Below, piece after piece: positions 59,730 through 64,000 of a stretch of 64,000 bases of DNA (positions are counted from its first letter, which is position 1; the number at the start of each line of letters is the position of its first letter). This DNA is from Waterburya sp. (GTDB lineage: Bacteria > Cyanobacteriota > Cyanobacteriia > Cyanobacteriales > Xenococcaceae): the NCBI GenBank assembly GCA_965217895.1, contig CBDCJV010000002.1, positions 768,001 to 832,000 of the forward strand, in the 5' to 3' direction. The position numbers and the translations under genes are program-made. Below the pieces are notes generated by a model. The model was not told where the DNA came from, ran no database searches, and saw only the letters and a program-made list of their open reading frames with translations.

Positions 59730-61274
59730 TTAATCTTGTTCATAATCTCCACCTGAACCATATTTCCAAGTATCTAACCAACGATGATAGTAATATTGCT
59801 GGGTTGGAGATAGGTTTTGGGCTATTGGTTGAGCAAATTTTGCAGCATTAAATAAACCACTGTATATTGCCAAATTAAAATAGTGAACAATCCAGTTAAC
59901 AAAAGAACTAACGCCAATTTGAGGTAATAAAGGAAATACTAGTTTTGGGTTAACTAATGGCAAAGTTTTAGCCAGAGGAGCAAACTGGATTACATCCTGC
60001 AAAAATGGTTTGAGGACATCATCTCCCAAACGATCCATTACTGCAAAAACACCATTCATTAAGTTGTTGATCTGTTGCGGATTTACTTCTTTGCCTACCT
60101 CGACGCTCATAGTTTGCTGAAATAACCAGGTGACAGAAATATTAGGTTGATATGGTTGCAACAAAGCTAAATCTTTACCGCTCAGTTTATCTACGGTTAA
60201 AGCCTCGTCAACGCCTTCAGTTAGACGTTTTAAATGGCGAATCATTGCCCCAAAGCCACCAAAGCTGACGGGAGATTGACCCCCTGCACTGTCACCTACA
60301 GGTAAAATGCGATCGCATTTTAATTCGATCGGACTATTTTTATAAGCAGGAAAAAAGCCAAACAAGAATCGCTGAAATTCTAGCTGTTCTAGCTCAATGT
60401 TTTGATACTCTGGCAAAAGCCTGAGATATTCGTCCATAAAGTATTCTAAGCTAGGTCTTTGGGGGTTAGCATCAAGATAGCTGAACATATAGGTAGTGCG
60501 ACCATCTTGGGCAGGAAAAGCCTCCCAAAAATACTGACAGTGGTTGATAATTGGCGTAAAAGAATAAATCAAATCTCCCGTATTGTTTCCAGGAAAGCCT
60601 TGAGCGCAGCTACCAACCACAACGCAAACCGCTTCGGGTTTTGTTCCTTTTCTTGCCTGTTTAATAATCGGTGAAAAATGACCCATGGCATCGACTAATA
60701 GGCGAGCTTTAATCGTTTTATCTCCTGCTTCAATTGCTATTCCATCAGGATGAACTGTCGCTGATTTGAAGGCTGTATTTTCAAGCAGTTTGCCTCCAGC
60801 TTGAAGAAATTTTTGCTTGAGTTTTTCTAATAGATAAACAGGATAAACACCAACATTTAAGACATTTTCTACCCAAACTTCTTGTTCCTTTTGAAAGCTA
60901 ACTCTGGCGGGATTGTATTCTGTAGCGATCGCTTTTTCTAACTCTTCTTCAGTCAAAAGCTTTAAGTCAATCAAGGTTTTTAACTCATTACGAGAAATAT
61001 TCCACTCTTGCTCTCTGCCTTTTAAAATTCCTCTTTCAATCAAGCTAACCTGCCATCCTAGTTGCTGTAATGCTGCACCCAGCAAGATGCCTAATGTTCC
61101 ACCACAGATAACAATATCTGTATCTAATTTTCCAACTTTCTCTGAACTATTAGTAACAACTTCGGTTGCGTCAATCTCTCCATTACGCAAGGCTGACCAA
61201 AATTTATCTGCTTGTCGCAATCTGGCTAGTACATTGTCTGATTGTTGAGCGAGTATGGTTTCGGTTAAGGTCAT
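59730..61274 (-). CDS. FAD-dependent oxidoreductase, CruP/CruA lycopene-cyclase-like
   Basis: [24 protein letters not shown] and [16 protein letters not shown] motifs. Confidence 0.8.
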   Translation of the reverse strand: MTLTETILAQQSDNVLARLRQADKFWSALRNGEIDATEVVTNSSEKVGKLDTDIVICGGTLGILLGAALQQLGWQVSLIERGILKGREQEWNISRNELKTLIDLKLLTEEELEKAIATEYNPARVSFQKEQEVWVENVLNVGVYPVYLLEKLKQKFLQAGGKLLENTAFKSATVHPDGIAIEAGDKTIKARLLVDAMGHFSPIIKQARKGTKPEAVCVVVGSCAQGFPGNNTGDLIYSFTPIINHCQYFWEAFPAQDGRTTYMFSYLDANPQRPSLEYFMDEYLRLLPEYQNIELEQLEFQRFLFGFFPAYKNSPIELKCDRILPVGDSAGGQSPVSFGGFGAMIRHLKRLTEGVDEALTVDKLSGKDLALLQPYQPNISVTWLFQQTMSVEVGKEVNPQQINNLMNGVFAVMDRLGDDVLKPFLQDVIQFAPLAKTLPLVNPKLVFPLLPQIGVSSFVNWIVHYFNLAIYSGLFNAAKFAQPIAQNLSPTQQYYYHRWLDTWKYGSGGDYEQD

Positions 61275-61378
61275 TTGGAACAGTTAGAGCAGTTGGGACA
61301 GTTAGGGCTACAATCTATTATGGTGTAACCTTAAGTATTTTGTTGCATCGCTTAAAGTTATTAGAACAAATAAGAATT

Positions 61379-61759
61379 ATGGCTAATAGTCGTCGCGTAG
61401 CTCGCGTAGCTGCTTTAATTAAGCGGGAAGTCAGTCAGATGCTACTCAGCGAAATCAAAGACGATCGCGTTGGCGCAGGCATGGTAAGCGTTACTGACGT
61501 TGATGTTTCGGGTGATTTGCAACACGCTAAAATTTTTGTCAGCATTTATGGCACAGAAGAAGCTAAAGAAGAAACAATGGCTGGTTTAGAATCGGCGGTT
61601 CATTATGTCCGTAGAGAATTGGGTAGTCGAATGCAGTTAAGACGCGCGCCTACAGTCAAATTTCTCGAAGATCGCTCTCTCGAAAGAGGAGACAGTATGG
61701 TACATCTGCTTAATAAAATTAGTCAAGAGCGACAAGAAAACCCAGAGACAGTAGAGTAA
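61379..61759 (+). CDS. rbfA: Ribosome-binding factor A
   Basis: [37 protein letters not shown]; the track ORF is over-extended upstream. Confidence 0.96.
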   Translation: MANSRRVARVAALIKREVSQMLLSEIKDDRVGAGMVSVTDVDVSGDLQHAKIFVSIYGTEEAKEETMAGLESAVHYVRRELGSRMQLRRAPTVKFLEDRSLERGDSMVHLLNKISQERQENPETVE

Positions 61760-61802
61760 ATGTTCAATATTTAAATGCTCATTGATAAATGATAAATGTT
61801 CA

Positions 61803-63386
61803 ATGAAAAAAGATTTATCTCTCAAAGAGCAAATTGCTCAAATGATCGTTGTCCGTGCTTCTGGTTATTTATTTGACCATCAGATTCGCTATCCTGCTTG
61901 GGAAGCTACTAATGCTCAGTTACAACAGTGGCTAGGAGAATTTAACTTAGGTGGAGTTATTCTTTTGGGAGGTAGCAGCGTTGAACTGCAAAAGCGATCG
62001 CAACAGCTACAGGATTGGGCAAATATTCCCTTATTAATCGCAGCAGATATTGAAGAAGGTATCGGACAGCGTTTTCCTGGAGGTACTTGGTTTCCACCGC
62101 CTATGGCCTTGAGCGCAATCTATGAGCAAGATCTTTTGCAAGCGCAGCATTATGCTACTCAGATGGGAAAAGTTACGGCGCAAGAGGCTTTAGCCGTGGG
62201 TATAAATTGGCTACTTGCACCTGTCGTAGATGTAAATAATAATCCTGATAACCCTGTAATTAATATTCGGGCTTTTGGCGATCTCCCTGAAGTAGTAAGT
62301 GCCTTAACTGCTGCTTTTATCAAAGGGGCAAAAACCACTTCTATTTTAACCACTGCCAAGCATTTTCCAGGACACGGAGACACCGCCACAGATTCTCATT
62401 TAGACTTACCTTCTTTAGCTCATTCCGAAAAGAGGCTAGAAACTGTTGAGTTGCCACCGTTTCAAAGTGCGATCGCAGCAGGAGTTGATAGCGTGATGAC
62501 GGCGCATCTTTTGATTCCAGCTTGGGACAAGCAAAAGCCTGTTACGCTTTCATCTGAAATTATCACCGAAAAATTAAGAAACCAGTTAGGTTTTAATGGT
62601 TTAGTAGTTACGGATGCTCTAATTATGGGAGGAATAACTAAGTATGCGTCTCCCGCAGAAGTTGCTGTCATGGCAGTTGAAGCAGGAAATGATATTTTAT
62701 TAATGCCCGATAATCCTGAAGTGGCGATCGCCTCGATCTACGATGCAGTTAAATCAGGACGCATTAATGAACAAAAAATTAATCAGTCTTGGGCGCGTAT
62801 TTGGCAAGCTAAACAAAAGGTAATTCAATCTAAGACTGAAGCTTTAGAGTTGTCTAATAATGCAGCTAGGACAATAGTAACTTCGATTCTACGAGACTCT
62901 TTGCAAGCTAGAGGAAATATTCCGCTGAGAATTGAAGATAAGCAAATTCACCGCAACCTGATTGTGGTTGATGATGTATTAAATGCCCCATTCTTAGATA
63001 TTCATACTCCTGCTATTGCTATTCCTCAGCAGCTTAACTGTCAAAGACAAATAGTAGACCACGGTACTTTAAACTGCATCTTGTCAGATTGGCGACCTAC
63101 TCTTTTACAAGTATTTATTCGGGGTAATCCTTTTCGGGGTAATGCTGGTTTAACCGCCAATGCCAAACAAATTTATCGGCAACTAATAAATAACGGACAA
63201 GCAAAAGGAATTATTATTTATGGCAGTCCCTACGTATTTGATTGGTTCAATTTAATTAATTCAAATCTGCCCATAGTATTCAGTTATGGACAAATGGAAC
63301 AAGCTCAGGCGATCGCTTTAAAAACTTTATATGGTCTTGATTCTAAAGTTTTACCACCTAAGTTGCAAAAAAACTTTGGATTTTGA
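61803..63386 (+). CDS. Glycoside hydrolase family 3 (beta-N-acetylhexosaminidase, NagZ-like)
   Basis: ADIEEG, APVVDV, KHFPGHGDTATDSH, MTAH and TDAL.M motifs. Confidence 0.92.
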   Translation: MKKDLSLKEQIAQMIVVRASGYLFDHQIRYPAWEATNAQLQQWLGEFNLGGVILLGGSSVELQKRSQQLQDWANIPLLIAADIEEGIGQRFPGGTWFPPPMALSAIYEQDLLQAQHYATQMGKVTAQEALAVGINWLLAPVVDVNNNPDNPVINIRAFGDLPEVVSALTAAFIKGAKTTSILTTAKHFPGHGDTATDSHLDLPSLAHSEKRLETVELPPFQSAIAAGVDSVMTAHLLIPAWDKQKPVTLSSEIITEKLRNQLGFNGLVVTDALIMGGITKYASPAEVAVMAVEAGNDILLMPDNPEVAIASIYDAVKSGRINEQKINQSWARIWQAKQKVIQSKTEALELSNNAARTIVTSILRDSLQARGNIPLRIEDKQIHRNLIVVDDVLNAPFLDIHTPAIAIPQQLNCQRQIVDHGTLNCILSDWRPTLLQVFIRGNPFRGNAGLTANAKQIYRQLINNGQAKGIIIYGSPYVFDWFNLINSNLPIVFSYGQMEQAQAIALKTLYGLDSKVLPPKLQKNFGF

Positions 63387-63568
63387 TTTTTTAAAATCTA
63401 GAATTAATCTTAAATCTTAAAAAAATCCTAGGAATTCTTAAGATTTAAAAGAATTTTGTTATTTTGGATACAGCGAACAAATTAATTTTCTTTCAATTTC
63501 CAACGGTTTTGGTTTATAGTTAAAGGTAAGACTTTAAATTAATTCATAAATTATTTCGGAGAAGAATC

Positions 63569-63811
63569 ATGTATACTACTACTGCATCCCCCTCTTTTTC
63601 TATTAGATATTCGATCGAAACTTTAAAAGATGAAGCGCGTCAGTTAATTGAAACAGGTATAGTAAATCGTCAGCAATCTATCTACACTCTCTGCAAATAC
63701 ATTCCTGCCCGCGAATGGGGAAAATTAGAATGTGAATTAGAAAGATATGACTATTTATTGCGTGATTCTATTGGTGATTTGGTTTCCTATGACAATTGGG
63801 AAAGCGACTAG
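63569..63811 (+). CDS. DUF4327 family small cyanobacterial protein
   Basis: YSIE..KDEARQL...G...RQQ.IY.LC.YIP.REW...E.ELE..D.LLRD.IGDL pattern; GGAG RBS. Confidence 0.8.
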   Translation: MYTTTASPSFSIRYSIETLKDEARQLIETGIVNRQQSIYTLCKYIPAREWGKLECELERYDYLLRDSIGDLVSYDNWESD

Positions 63812-64000
63812 TACCGCTACGCCGAAGTAATAGGTAATAAAAGATTTAAATATTGCTCAGGGCAAATTGTCAGTTGTTGTTGAGAAAATGTAGATTTGTG
63901 ACCGACGGTAGTTAAAATAATTTAGTTGTCTAATTCTGTTTTTCTACTGTGAGCAAGCAAAAGACCTGGAGCGATCGCTTTGAATCGGCACTAAATCCTG

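Noticed and set aside
61166..61378. N-terminal extension of rbfA
   Set aside because: Overlaps the divergent gene and a 9-bp repeat; the conserved RbfA start is at 61379
1648..62671. Numerous short antisense or alternate-frame ORFs (e.g. 1648-2055, 7631-8023, 47955-48347, 60913-61248)
   Set aside because: They shadow well-supported genes and have no recognisable motifs
1..64000. High frequency of GCGATCGC as a novel signal
   Set aside because: This is the well-known cyanobacterial HIP1 octamer

Overview
Cyanobacterial chromosome window (abundant HIP1 octamer GCGATCGC, NtcA boxes, nrrA, HetP/HetC-like genes), mostly housekeeping: galU-like, trpD, leuS, nrrA, lpxB, amt, glnN, moeA, rpmG-rpsR-rnb, tRNA-Gly, ispD, ilvD, rbfA. 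The standout is a ~12 kb locus (12.7-24.4 kb). It holds a HlyD adaptor, a HetP-like protein, a C39-peptidase ABC exporter, a PpiC-like foldase and two double-glycine-leader precursors with Cys-free Ser/Thr/Tyr/Gly-rich cores. It also has a small Ser-rich protein and a TPR protein fusing a SPINDLY/OGT-like (GT41) domain to a GT2 domain. This is a candidate exported, O-glycosylated peptide or matrix-protein system. Other elements: a degenerate ISKra4-type IS that truncated an efflux adaptor gene, three MITE-like elements, small palindromic elements inserted in frame in coding genes (two with 7-bp direct repeats), a nested repeat mosaic, and pseudogene remnants (prs, tal, ppk2). No CRISPR array or rRNA was seen. 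All calls come from reading motifs, not from database searches.
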